Origin: Lentisphaeria bacterium
GTDB lineage: Bacteria > Verrucomicrobiota > Lentisphaeria > Victivallales > Victivallaceae
NCBI GenBank assembly: GCA_017457065.1
Contig: JAFTIE010000113.1
Coordinates: 7,120-71,119 of the forward strand
Reading direction: 5' to 3'
Length of the DNA stretch: 64,000 bases
The notes under the pieces are model-generated. The model did not search any database, was not told where the DNA came from, and saw only the letters and a program-made list of their open reading frames with translations. The translations under genes were made by a program, and so were the position numbers. Position 1 is the first letter of the stretch. Each line of letters begins with the position of its first letter. Shown here one piece after another: positions 29,946 to 38,640 of the stretch.

Positions 29946-30001
29946 CCCCGCTCCCGCCGGGACAGAAAAAAGATTCCTGCCCTGATCCGGCGACGGCGGG
30001 G
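29946..30001 (-). terminator. Long imperfect hairpin between acpP and fabF (terminator/attenuator candidate)
   Basis: The arms are ccccgctcccgccgg (29946-29960) and ccggcgacggcgggg (29987-30001), giving 6+6 bp around a 3-nt internal mismatch. On the minus strand it is followed by gtttcatttttt. Confidence 0.35.
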
Positions 30002-30031
30002 TCTGCGCTGAAAAAGCTGCAGTAAAAAGGA

Positions 30032-30295
30032 TTACTGAGCCTTGTCAGCAAGACGGCTTTCGATGTAAGCGATGGCATCGCCGACAGTGTTCAACTTGTC
30101 AGCATCTTCATCACGGATCTCAGCGCCGAATTCTTCTTCCAAAGCCATCACCAGTTCGACCTGATCCAGAGAATCAGCACCGAGGTCCTGGGAGAACTGG
30201 GCATCATCAGTAACCTGATCTTCGGAAACTCCGAGACCTTCGGTCACGATACTTTTGATTTTTGCGCGGATTTCGTCCTTGGTCAGTTCAGCCAT
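30032..30295 (-). CDS. acpP: Acyl carrier protein
   Basis: 87 aa with the phosphopantetheine site [20 protein letters not shown]. Confidence 0.95.
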   Translation of the reverse strand: MAELTKDEIRAKIKSIVTEGLGVSEDQVTDDAQFSQDLGADSLDQVELVMALEEEFGAEIRDEDADKLNTVGDAIAYIESRLADKAQ

Positions 30296-30391
30296 TTTTC
30301 AAACTCCTGAATTTTTATTTGTTTCTGTTATTTTTACAAGAAACGTTTAAGGCTCTATTATCTTCAGGACAAAGCTATTGTCCTTTTATAT

Positions 30392-30420
30392 AATATTGCT
30401 CCGTTTCTCCTGTTTGTCAA
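30392..30420 (-). promoter_or_regulatory. Sigma70-like promoter upstream of acpP
   Basis: On the minus strand it reads TTGACA (30415-30420), a 17-nt spacer, then AATATT (30392-30397). A 7-bp hairpin, aggacaa/ttgtcct, follows. Confidence 0.4.
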
Positions 30421-30452
30421 GTATTTTTTGTTTTTTTTTCCGTTTTATTTGC

Positions 30453-31196
30453 TTACATCAGCATTCCGCCGTCGATATTGAGCACCTGACCGGTGACATA
30501 ATCGGCGTCAGAAGAGCAGAGGAAAGCCACCACATTTGCCACATCTTCGGGTTTCCCGGGACGTTTGGCAGGGATCACCGTCAGAAAAGCATCACGGATG
30601 TTCTGGGGAAGTTTGGCGGTCATTTCGGTCTCAATGTAGCCGGGAGCCACAGCATTCACCTGGATGTTCCGGGCGCCGTACTCTTTGGCGGTGCTCTTGG
30701 TCAGGGCGATGACACCTGCTTTTGAAGCAGAGTAGTTGGCTTGTCCGGCGTTGCCCATACGACCCACCACAGATGCCACGTTGACGATCTTGCCGGCGCG
30801 CTGGCGTCCCATGGGGGAGACGACTGCCTTGGTAAAGTTGAAGGTTCCCTTCAGATTGACAGCGATGACGGCATCCCACTCAGCTTCAGACATGCGCATG
30901 ATGAGGTTGTCTTTGGTGATACCGGCGTTGTTGACAAGGATATCCACCTTGCCGAAATCGGCGATGACCTGTTTGACGGTGGCATCGGCTTCCTCCAGCT
31001 TTGCCACGTTGGCGGCGTAAGCCTTGGCTTCGTAACCCAGTTCACCGAATTTTTTGGCGGTGGCTTCGGCGACATCAAGCATGATGTCGACAATGGCGAT
31101 CTTTGCACCTTCGGCGGCGAGTTTCAGAGAGATCGCTTCGCCGATTCCCCGGGCGCCTCCGGTAACGATGGCGACTTTGTTATCAAGTTTTCCCAT
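30453..31196 (-). CDS. fabG: 3-oxoacyl-ACP reductase
   Basis: It has TGGARGIG, NNAGIT and YSASKAG (YxxxK). It sits in the fab cluster. Confidence 0.95.
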   Translation of the reverse strand: MGKLDNKVAIVTGGARGIGEAISLKLAAEGAKIAIVDIMLDVAEATAKKFGELGYEAKAYAANVAKLEEADATVKQVIADFGKVDILVNNAGITKDNLIMRMSEAEWDAVIAVNLKGTFNFTKAVVSPMGRQRAGKIVNVASVVGRMGNAGQANYSASKAGVIALTKSTAKEYGARNIQVNAVAPGYIETEMTAKLPQNIRDAFLTVIPAKRPGKPEDVANVVAFLCSSDADYVTGQVLNIDGGMLM

Positions 31197-31232
31197 TGGT
31201 TATTTCTCCTTTGGTTTGTCATTCACTTTATT

Positions 31233-32147
31233 TCAGAACTGGAATTGCTCCAGGGATTCCACGCTGTTGATATTGGCACTCTTCATCTCAGGGATGGTAC
31301 GTTTGAGCAGTCCTGTAAGCACGTTGCCGGGGCCGAATTCGATCATCATTTCAGCACCGGCGGCAGCGGCGGCGCGGACACCGGACTCCCAGCGGACGGA
31401 GCCTGAGACCTGAGAGGCAAGATTGTTTTTCAGTTCTTCCACACTGCCGGGAACGGCGGCGGTGAAGTTCTGATAGACGGGGATCTCTGGCAATTTGAGG
31501 TCGGTTTCTTTGAGCACCTCTGCCAGAGCGGCACCGGCGGGAGCCATGAGCCGGGAGTGGAAAGCTCCTGCCACTGTCAGTTCGATGACCTTGCGGTAAC
31601 CTTTTCCCTTGAGTTCGGCGACGGCGTTTTTGACCTTCTCTTTTTCCCCTGAGATAACGATCTGCCCGGGGGAGTTGTAGTTTGCCACATCCACATCGGC
31701 GGCACGGCACACCTCTTCGATGACGGCGGCTTCGCATCCCAGAGCGGTCGCCATGCCGCCGGAGGTGCTGCGGCAGCACTCATCCATCAGATCGGCACGT
31801 TTCTGGAGCAGTTTCAGCCCCTCTTCAAAGGTGAAAGCGCCGCTGCAGCACAGTGCGGCATATTCCCCCAGACTCAACCCTGCGGCGGCGCAGGGGACAG
31901 CTTCGGGGTGCAGCTCACGGAACACCCCCAGACAGGCGCAGCTCATGGTGTAGATGGCGCTCTGACAGAAACGGGTCTCTGTCAGCTTTTCTGCGGGGCC
32001 GTTGAAGATCACATCGCTCAAGCTGTATCCCAGCACCTGATCGGCGGTGTCGAAATACTTCGCGGCGGTTGCATATTTCTCATAAAGGTCCCGTCCCATG
32101 CCCACACTCTGGGCACCCTGTCCGGAAAAAACAAAAAAAAGTTTCAT
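31233..32147 (-). CDS. fabD: Malonyl-CoA:ACP transacylase
   Basis: It has FVFSGQGAQ at the N-terminus and the nucleophile motif AAGLSLGEY. The start is taken at MKLFFVF. Confidence 0.9.
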   Translation of the reverse strand: MKLFFVFSGQGAQSVGMGRDLYEKYATAAKYFDTADQVLGYSLSDVIFNGPAEKLTETRFCQSAIYTMSCACLGVFRELHPEAVPCAAAGLSLGEYAALCCSGAFTFEEGLKLLQKRADLMDECCRSTSGGMATALGCEAAVIEEVCRAADVDVANYNSPGQIVISGEKEKVKNAVAELKGKGYRKVIELTVAGAFHSRLMAPAGAALAEVLKETDLKLPEIPVYQNFTAAVPGSVEELKNNLASQVSGSVRWESGVRAAAAAGAEMMIEFGPGNVLTGLLKRTIPEMKSANINSVESLEQFQF

Positions 32148-32238
32148 TGCAATCAACTCTCCATCGGGTGAAGGGACAGGCTTTTTGAAGATATCAACGC
32201 AGAATGAAAAAACACTCCTGTCCCTTGACTTGCTATAT

Positions 32239-32267
32239 AATATATCACTGTGTCATTGAAATTTCAA
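32239..32267 (-). promoter_or_regulatory. Sigma70-like promoter upstream of fabD
   Basis: On the minus strand it reads TTGAAA (32262-32267), a 17-nt spacer, then TATATT (32239-32244). A 19-bp near-perfect palindrome, tatctttcc-g-ggaaagata (32269-32287), lies immediately upstream. Confidence 0.4.
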
Positions 32268-32288
32268 GTATCTTTCCGGGAAAGATAA

Positions 32289-32666
32289 TTATTCTTCAAT
32301 AATGACCACGGCGGCGGCATACTCTCTTTCGTGTGTAATGGAGACCCTGACATTTTTTGCTCCCAGAGCAGCTGCGGTCTGGGCGGCGTTGCCGCTGAAG
32401 ACCAGAGAGGGCACACCGATCTCAGAGTCGATCACTTCGATTTCGCTGAATGAACATTCAGAACCGATGCCGCACCCCAGCGCTTTGGCGGCAGCCTCTT
32501 TTGCCGCCCATCTGCCTGCGTAAAAGTGGTGGGCGCTGGAACGGATCTTGCCGATGGCCTGTTCTGCCGGAGTATACACCCGGTTCAGAAACTGTTCGCC
32601 GTGCCGTTCAATCACCTGCCGGATGCGGCTGGTTTCCACAATGTCGATTCCAAGTCCTTTGATCAT
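32289..32666 (-). CDS. acpS: Holo-ACP synthase
   Basis: 125 aa starting MIKGLGIDIVE, with WAAKEAAAKALG. Confidence 0.9.
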   Translation of the reverse strand: MIKGLGIDIVETSRIRQVIERHGEQFLNRVYTPAEQAIGKIRSSAHHFYAGRWAAKEAAAKALGCGIGSECSFSEIEVIDSEIGVPSLVFSGNAAQTAAALGAKNVRVSITHEREYAAAVVIIEE

Positions 32667-33645
32667 CTTCTTCCTCCTTGTTGCCTTCTTTATTGTATAT
32701 CACGGTCGCCTGAGCAATATCCCGTGTGATTTGTTCTTTAAGCGCCGCAGGAGAGGGGAATTTCTGCTCCTGCCGCAGATATTCAAGAAGCTTTACTTCC
32801 AGTTTTCTGTCATAAAGATCTCCGGAAAAGTTCAGCAAATGCACTTCGATGCGTCTTTCTCCCACCTGATATGTGGGGGCTACACCGATATTGAGGACCG
32901 CCGGGAAATTTTCTCCGCTGATCCGTGCGCTCCCGGCGTAGACACCGTCGGGTACGATCACTCCGTGGTCCAACTGCAGATTGGCAGTGGGGGCGGCAAG
33001 TTCCTTTCCGGCGATCCTGAAACCTCTGACCACGGTTCCTGTGAGGGACAATCTTCTTCCCAGCAGAGCTGCCGCCTTTTTGAGTTCTCCCTGCCCCGCC
33101 AGAAGCCGGATGGCGCTGGAGCTGATATTCTCTCCCTGATATGTGAGGCGCTCCACCGCCCGGAAAAGGAGTCCGTGTTCCCGGCAGTACTGTGCCAGCA
33201 TTACAGCATCTCCCTTGCCCCGGCTGCCGAAACGCCAATCTTCGCCGATGCAGATACCCTTCAGGATGAATCCGGGGTGTTCCCGGAGTTTCTGAAGAAA
33301 CGACTCAGGTTCAAGAGCGGCGAAGGCGGGGGTGAAAGGAATGATCCCTGTGATCCGGGCACCTGCCAGACGGAGCTGTTTCAGCCGTTCTTCCACACTG
33401 ATGATCAGTTCAGGCGCTTCCATGCCCGGCAGCACCGCCCGGGGATGGGGCACAAAGGTCACTGCCGCAGGAACTGCTCCGCAGGATGCCGCCATTTCAC
33501 TGACATTGCTCATAATGAGCCGATGTCCCGGATGAACGCCGTCAAAAACGCCGAATCCTATCACAACACCCTGCTCCGGCACCGCAGGAGTGTCAAATTG
33601 AATTGAAAAATCCATGAAGTTGTCGTATATTATATTACTCAGCAT
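32608..33645 (-). CDS. ribF: Bifunctional riboflavin kinase / FMN adenylyltransferase
   Basis: It has GVFDGVHPGHRLI (nucleotidyltransferase HxGH), and PTANL and EVHLLNF in the kinase half. The start is uncertain (33645 or 33615). The 3' tail overlaps acpS by 59 nt. Confidence 0.85.
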   Translation of the reverse strand: MLSNIIYDNFMDFSIQFDTPAVPEQGVVIGFGVFDGVHPGHRLIMSNVSEMAASCGAVPAAVTFVPHPRAVLPGMEAPELIISVEERLKQLRLAGARITGIIPFTPAFAALEPESFLQKLREHPGFILKGICIGEDWRFGSRGKGDAVMLAQYCREHGLLFRAVERLTYQGENISSSAIRLLAGQGELKKAAALLGRRLSLTGTVVRGFRIAGKELAAPTANLQLDHGVIVPDGVYAGSARISGENFPAVLNIGVAPTYQVGERRIEVHLLNFSGDLYDRKLEVKLLEYLRQEQKFPSPAALKEQITRDIAQATVIYNKEGNKEEEDDQRTWNRHCGNQPHPAGD

Positions 33646-33721
33646 CTGAAAGACCCCTCCTTTTCAGAGGTCTTTTCTATAAGATACACTTGTTTTACAA
33701 TTCAGTCAAGGGGGAAACGCT

Positions 33722-34204
33722 ATGAAAACGGTAATATATCCGGGATCTTTCGATCCTTTCACCAATGGACATCTCGATCTGGTCGAGCGTGCCCGGTGTC
33801 TTTTTGACAAAGTGGTGGTGGCAGTTGCGGTCAACTCCGGCAAAAATCCTCTCTTTACTCTTGAGGAAAGACGGCAGCTCATCGTTGAAAGCTGCACCGA
33901 TATGCCCAATGTGGAGGTCATCGCATTTGAAGGACTGCTGGTCAACGCCGTCAAAGAGCTGAAAGCCGATGCCATTCTCAGGGGATTGCGTGCCTTTTCC
34001 GACTTTGAATATGAACTGCAGATGGCATTGATGAACCGTGAGCTCCTCAAAGGATGCGAAACCATCTTTCTGACACCTCAGCTGGAAAATTCTTATGTTT
34101 CCTCCACTTTGATCAAAGAGGTTGCCCGGCTGGGGGCTGATTTTGCCGCCCATGTGCCGCCCCCCGTGGCACGGGCGCTGAGCAGACGGCGGAACCTTTT
34201 ATGA
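33722..34204 (+). CDS. coaD: Phosphopantetheine adenylyltransferase
   Basis: It begins MKTVIYPGSFDPFTNGHLDLVERA, and SSTLIKEV lies near the C-terminus. Confidence 0.95.
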   Translation: MKTVIYPGSFDPFTNGHLDLVERARCLFDKVVVAVAVNSGKNPLFTLEERRQLIVESCTDMPNVEVIAFEGLLVNAVKELKADAILRGLRAFSDFEYELQMALMNRELLKGCETIFLTPQLENSYVSSTLIKEVARLGADFAAHVPPPVARALSRRRNLL

Positions 34205-34914
34205 ACAGTTCACGGATCAACCGGGTACTTCAGGTACTTTCTCTCGTCGCCTGCAATCCGGAGCCGACGCAGCTCAAGGATATCGGTCTCAAGCTGGGGC
34301 TTCATCCCAGTATGGTCAGCCGCATCGTTGCCGATCTTATTGCCGGAGGGCTCCTTGCCAAAGTCGCCTACCGGAGTGTTGTCGGGACTCCGGAACTGGC
34401 ACTGCTGGGGAAAAAGGCGGGAGAAAACCATCCTCTTTCCAGGATCGGGCGTGAGATCCTTCACAAGCCTATGGAGGAGATGGCTCTTTCCTGTGAATTT
34501 GTCACGGTGGTCCGGGGCGGGCTCTTCCATTTTTACAAAGTGTACCGGGGGACCCCGGCACAGAAATTTCTCTGGCGCTCTGATGCGGCGGCAGTGATCT
34601 TTGCCGCACGGGGGGATGAGTGGGAACAGGTCATGGAAGAGCTCATCCATGCTGCCCCGGAAGAAGAGATCCTCAACGCCTTCGCCTTTTTCAGAGAGCG
34701 TTTTCTGGCGGCGCAGGAAAGCCGTTCTCTTATCAACCATCACTCAGGGAGGTACTGGCAGTTGAGTCTGCCCTTCCAGTGCGGTCCGACACATTGTGCG
34801 CTTTCTGTTGCCGGGACTGCCGGTACTGATATGGATAAGGTCTTTTATACCTGTTCCAGACTGACTGCCGCCATACGCTCGCGCTGCAAGGAGCTTTCAG
34901 ACAGAGATGCTTAA
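34201..34914 (+). CDS. Winged-HTH transcriptional regulator, IclR-like architecture
   Basis: 237 aa. The N-terminal INRVLQVLSLVACNPEPTQLKDIGLKLGLHPSMVSRIVADLIAGGLLAK resembles an IclR-type HTH, and a ~150-aa C-terminal domain follows. It has a 4-nt overlap with coaD. Confidence 0.45.
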   Translation: MNSSRINRVLQVLSLVACNPEPTQLKDIGLKLGLHPSMVSRIVADLIAGGLLAKVAYRSVVGTPELALLGKKAGENHPLSRIGREILHKPMEEMALSCEFVTVVRGGLFHFYKVYRGTPAQKFLWRSDAAAVIFAARGDEWEQVMEELIHAAPEEEILNAFAFFRERFLAAQESRSLINHHSGRYWQLSLPFQCGPTHCALSVAGTAGTDMDKVFYTCSRLTAAIRSRCKELSDRDA

Positions 34915-36163
34915 TACGGACCTTCTCAGATCGACATTCCGCAACGGCAAATTTTTCTGCCGCTTTGCCGATGTTTCCAAAGAGGAAAATCTTGCCCTTG
35001 CCGCTTCTCTTTCTGCCGTTTTCAGGGAGGGGGTGAACAAATGCCGCTGTGATCTGGCGGCTCTTACCAAAAACATCATTGCCGCCGCATCCGACCCGAA
35101 ACTTGCGGCGGGGATGGAAAAACTGCTCTTTGACTCTGCGGAGTTCGACGCCCCTGACCCTGATACGGATTATGTTGCCATGCGCCGGGAACTCTTTGAA
35201 CGCTCCGGCGCCGCCATTGCATCACGGGGAGAATTTTCAGAAGAACATTACCGGCGTTCTTTCCCGCTCCCGGAGCTGGATATCTACGGGGATCTGCCGG
35301 ACTTTGAGGTCTTGCGCTCCTTCAGAGATCTGACTCCTGAAGCCCTGCTCCACCGCTACAATATCGCTCTGGTACAGACCATGCTGCTCTATGCTTCAAA
35401 GCTGACTTTACGTCTCTCTGATCCCCGGCACAGCGAACTGCGTAAACTGGTGCGTTTCATGAAGTTTTTCCGTCTGCTGGCGCAGATCCGCCGCTGCGGG
35501 GAGAACACCCTTGAAGTGGAACTCAGCGGTCCCGGGGCATTGCTGGAAAATGCCCGGAAATACGGTCTTCTTCTGGGAGCCTTTTTCCCCGCCGTGCCGC
35601 TGCTCAAAAAATACAAACTCCGTGCCGAAGTGGAAATACGCTCCAGAAAGGGGATCCTTGAAGTGGATCAGAGTGCGGCTCTGGTTTCCCATTACGGCAA
35701 TATTTCAGCATACGTTCCTGAGGAGATCCGGCTTTTTCACCGTCTTTTCAGGGAAAAGGGGGCGCCTTGGACCGTTGTGGGGGAAACTCCTTTCATCAAC
35801 ATGGGGAAAAAGGGGATCTGTTTCCCCGATCTGAGTTTCCGCAATGAGAGGGGGGAGATCTGTCATTTGGAGCTTTTTCACCGCTGGCACAAAGGAGAGC
35901 TCCGCAGCAGGCTTGAATTTATGGAGCAGAACCCTGAGATCCCTCTGATCGCCGGTATCGACCGGGGGGCTGTCAATGATGAAAGTTTCGCTTTGCTCGT
36001 CTCTGAATTTCCCGGCGCTGCTGCAAGGTGTTTCAGGTTCCGGGATTTTCCGGGCGTGGAAACAGTGGTCAGAAATTTGAACAGATTTATTGAAGATATC
36101 CAAGAAAAAGAAAGGAAGAAGAATGAGCGTGGTAAACGAAAAACTTCCCGTGTGGGATCTTGA
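34907..36163 (+). CDS. DUF790 (Bax1-like) endonuclease-family protein
   Basis: 418 aa. The N-terminal MLNTDLLRSTFRNGKF and the C-terminal GICFPDLSFRNERGEICHLELFHRWHKGELRSRLEF match the DUF790 pattern as I recall it (PDF-type restriction-endonuclease-like core followed by EivGfW...L..K). It has an 8-nt overlap upstream. Confidence 0.55.
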   Translation: MLNTDLLRSTFRNGKFFCRFADVSKEENLALAASLSAVFREGVNKCRCDLAALTKNIIAAASDPKLAAGMEKLLFDSAEFDAPDPDTDYVAMRRELFERSGAAIASRGEFSEEHYRRSFPLPELDIYGDLPDFEVLRSFRDLTPEALLHRYNIALVQTMLLYASKLTLRLSDPRHSELRKLVRFMKFFRLLAQIRRCGENTLEVELSGPGALLENARKYGLLLGAFFPAVPLLKKYKLRAEVEIRSRKGILEVDQSAALVSHYGNISAYVPEEIRLFHRLFREKGAPWTVVGETPFINMGKKGICFPDLSFRNERGEICHLELFHRWHKGELRSRLEFMEQNPEIPLIAGIDRGAVNDESFALLVSEFPGAAARCFRFRDFPGVETVVRNLNRFIEDIQEKERKKNERGKRKTSRVGS

Positions 36164-37916
36164 AGCCATCTACAAAACTCCTGAGGATTGGGAAAAGGAG
36201 TTTGAAAAGATCCGCCCCGTCACAGAAAAATTTGCCGCCTTCAAAGGAAAACTGGGGGAGTCGGCGGAGACTCTCAAAAAAGCGGTGGAAAGCTCCCTTG
36301 AACTCAACCGCCTTACAGAAAAACTCTACATCTACGCCCATCTGACTCTGGATCAGGCAACAGGAGTGGACTCCAGCCGTGCCCGCATGGGGAAACTGCA
36401 GTCCCTTCTGGCGGAACTGGCGCCGCAGGAGGCATATTTCGTTCCGGAGCTGCTCCGGATCCCCGAAGAGAAGATGGATGAGTTCCTCAAAGTCCCCTGT
36501 CTCGCTTTCTGCCGCAGGTTCCTTGAAGAGATACTTTCAGAGCGTACCCATGTGCTTTCTGAAGCGGAAGAAAAACTTCTGGGCAGCTACTCTCAGGTGA
36601 TCGGTCTTTCAAGCACCCTTTTCGATACCCTCAACGACACTGATCTGGAGTTCGGATACATCCGCGACGGCGAAGGTCAACGGGTGAAACTGACCCACGG
36701 CAGCTACCGTGCCCTGATGGAAAATCCCGATCGGGGCACCCGGGAGCGGACTTGCAAAAAGCTCTACAAGGCATACCGCCAGTTCCGGAACACCTTTGCT
36801 TCCGCCCTTGACGGCACGGTCCGCCGCCACGCCGTCAAAGCCAAAGTGCGGAACTATCCCAACGCCCTCTGCGCCGCTTTGAACGGCGACCGGGTGCCGG
36901 AGTCGGTCTACCGCAGTCTCATTGAAGCGGTCCACAGCAAGCTCCCCGCCTTCTACAACTACATGGAACTGCGCAAACAGGTGATGAAGCTGGATAAACT
37001 GGATATGTACGACATGCTCAATCCCCTGCTTCCCGGATGTTCTCAGAACTACTCCTTTGAAGAGGCGGCACAGCTGGTGAAAGATGCCGTCAAACCCATG
37101 GGGGAAGAGTACGGCAAATACCTTGAACTTGCCTTCAAAGAGCGCTGGATCGACGCCCCTGAGCGTCAGGGCAAGCGTTCGGGAGCCTTTTCAAGCGGCT
37201 GTTACGACACCTTCCCCTATGTTCTCATGACCTACAAGGGGACTTTGAATGATGTTTTCACTCTGGCGCATGAATTGGGCCACTCCATGCACAGCTACTA
37301 TTCAAAGATCACCCAGCCCTACATCTATTCGGACTACAAGATCTTTGTTGCCGAGGTGGCGAGCACCACCAACGAGATACTGCTTTTTGAACATCTGCTT
37401 TCACAGAGTTCCGATCCCCGGTTCAGAGCCTATCTTTACGCTCACATCGCCGATGAGATCCGGGGCACCATCTACCGTCAGACCATGTTTGCCGAGTTTG
37501 AACTTTTCATGCACGAAACAGTGGAGCAGGGAACGCCCCTCACCGCCGATCTGCTGAACAAAAAGTATTACGAACTCAACAAACTCTATTACGGTCCCGC
37601 CGTCGATCCCCTGAAGGATATTGAACTGGAGTGGGCAAGGATACCCCATTTTCACTACAACTTCTACGTCTACAAATATGCCACCGGCATGTCTGCGGCG
37701 CTGAAACTTGCCCGGAATCTGCGTTCCGGCAAGCCGGAGCTCAGAGAGGCGTATCTGGGATTTTTGAAAGCAGGCTGTTCAAAGGATGTGCTGGACATCA
37801 TGAAAGACGCCGGTGTCGATCTTTCCACCCCGGAACCGGTTACTGCCGCCCTTGATTACTTCTCTGAAGCTGTTGAGTGCCTTGAAAAAGAGCTCCGCCT
37901 TTGCGGAGAGATCTGA
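36123..37916 (+). CDS. pepF: Oligoendopeptidase F (M3B metallopeptidase)
   Basis: It has the zinc motif TLAHELGHSMHS and a downstream EVAS glutamate region. The size and layout are typical of PepF. The start is taken at MSVVNEKLPVWDL with AAAGGAAG upstream. Confidence 0.85.
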   Translation: MSVVNEKLPVWDLEAIYKTPEDWEKEFEKIRPVTEKFAAFKGKLGESAETLKKAVESSLELNRLTEKLYIYAHLTLDQATGVDSSRARMGKLQSLLAELAPQEAYFVPELLRIPEEKMDEFLKVPCLAFCRRFLEEILSERTHVLSEAEEKLLGSYSQVIGLSSTLFDTLNDTDLEFGYIRDGEGQRVKLTHGSYRALMENPDRGTRERTCKKLYKAYRQFRNTFASALDGTVRRHAVKAKVRNYPNALCAALNGDRVPESVYRSLIEAVHSKLPAFYNYMELRKQVMKLDKLDMYDMLNPLLPGCSQNYSFEEAAQLVKDAVKPMGEEYGKYLELAFKERWIDAPERQGKRSGAFSSGCYDTFPYVLMTYKGTLNDVFTLAHELGHSMHSYYSKITQPYIYSDYKIFVAEVASTTNEILLFEHLLSQSSDPRFRAYLYAHIADEIRGTIYRQTMFAEFELFMHETVEQGTPLTADLLNKKYYELNKLYYGPAVDPLKDIELEWARIPHFHYNFYVYKYATGMSAALKLARNLRSGKPELREAYLGFLKAGCSKDVLDIMKDAGVDLSTPEPVTAALDYFSEAVECLEKELRLCGEI

Positions 37917-38088
37917 CAAATCTCTCTTCCCCGCGGCGTGCTTTTTGCGCAGCAGCTCCCCTTTCCCCGGACTTTGCAGAGAGCGGATTTTTTTAAGCTC
38001 TTTATGCTTTCCGGGGAACCCTTGACTGGAAAATACGGCTCAGCTCTTTGAGTGACAGTATTTTTCAGCTTTTTTTTTATACTTTTAC

Positions 38089-38117
38089 TTGCAAGTATTT
38101 CAATTCAGTGGTATATT
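38089..38117 (+). promoter_or_regulatory. Sigma70-like promoter with an upstream T-tract, candidate promoter of the Tad locus
   Basis: It reads TTGCAA (38089-38094), a 17-nt spacer, then TATATT (38112-38117). A T9 run (38070-38078) in UP-element position precedes it. It lies about 570 nt upstream of cpaB1. Confidence 0.5.
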
Positions 38118-38272
38118 ATTGATGTTGCAGTATTTGAGGAGGTATTGCCTTCCTTATTTTCTGCAGATATCGATCGACAGATGTTGTGTTTCAGCAGATG
38201 TCGCCTGAAAGGGACCAACCGGATTCTTTTTATTGCGGTCCTCAGGTGACAGCAGACAGCCCCCATGTTTGC

Positions 38273-38290
38273 GGGGGGGGGAGAGAGAGG
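38273..38290. repeat. Homopolymeric G9 tract followed by a (GA)4 run
   Basis: The sequence gcGGGGGGGGGAGAGAGAGG was read directly. The G-run spans 38273-38281. It lies inside the non-coding leader of the Tad locus. Confidence 0.9.
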
Positions 38291-38368
38291 ATGCCGGCAT
38301 CGGCTTCCCGGCGGGGTCTGGAATACAATGTTTGAGAACATATTTTTATTTGGACGTTATCAGACAGA

Positions 38369-38400
38369 CCGCATTCAGCAGTTGAAAACTGCAAATGCGG
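38369..38400 (+). other. Strong extended stem-loop in the leader (13 bp in two helices)
   Basis: The sequence is ccgcatt-ca-gcagtt-gaa-aactgc-a-aatgcgg. The outer 7 bp (38369-75 / 38394-400) and inner 6 bp (38378-83 / 38387-92) are fully complementary. No U-run follows. Confidence 0.5.
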
Positions 38401-38598
38401 CTGATCTGTGGATTTCAGGAGTTTTCAGTTGATGGGAACGATGGTTGAAATGACGGCATTAAAGGTGGCGCTTCACGGTATCAGCCAATTACCGGGCGTC
38501 TCCTTTGTGTTTTTCTCTCTTTTCGGAGGGGCGGGAAATTTTTCAGCCGCAGAGAAGGTGTCGTCATTTTCCCGGGAAACTGTATTGCTCCCATGGAA

Positions 38599-38640
38599 CA
38601 GCCGCAGGATCCGGCAATGGATCTCTGCGGCTGCTTTTGT
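38599..38640 (+). terminator. Terminator-like hairpin 46 nt upstream of the cpaB1 start (leader attenuator candidate)
   Basis: cagccgcaggatcc (38599-38612) pairs with ggatctctgcggctg (38619-38633) as 9 bp, a 1-nt bulge, then 5 bp. The loop is ggcaat, and cttttgt follows. An upstream copy of the 5' arm, cagccgcagag (38544-38554), is perfectly complementary (11 nt) to the 3' arm. Confidence 0.5.

Noticed and set aside
37917-37995. Possible Rho-independent terminator after pepF (T7 run at ~37989-37995).
   Set aside because: I could find only short, interrupted complementarity (ctctct/agagag, gcgtgc/gcgcagc) upstream of the T-run. It is not convincing enough to call.
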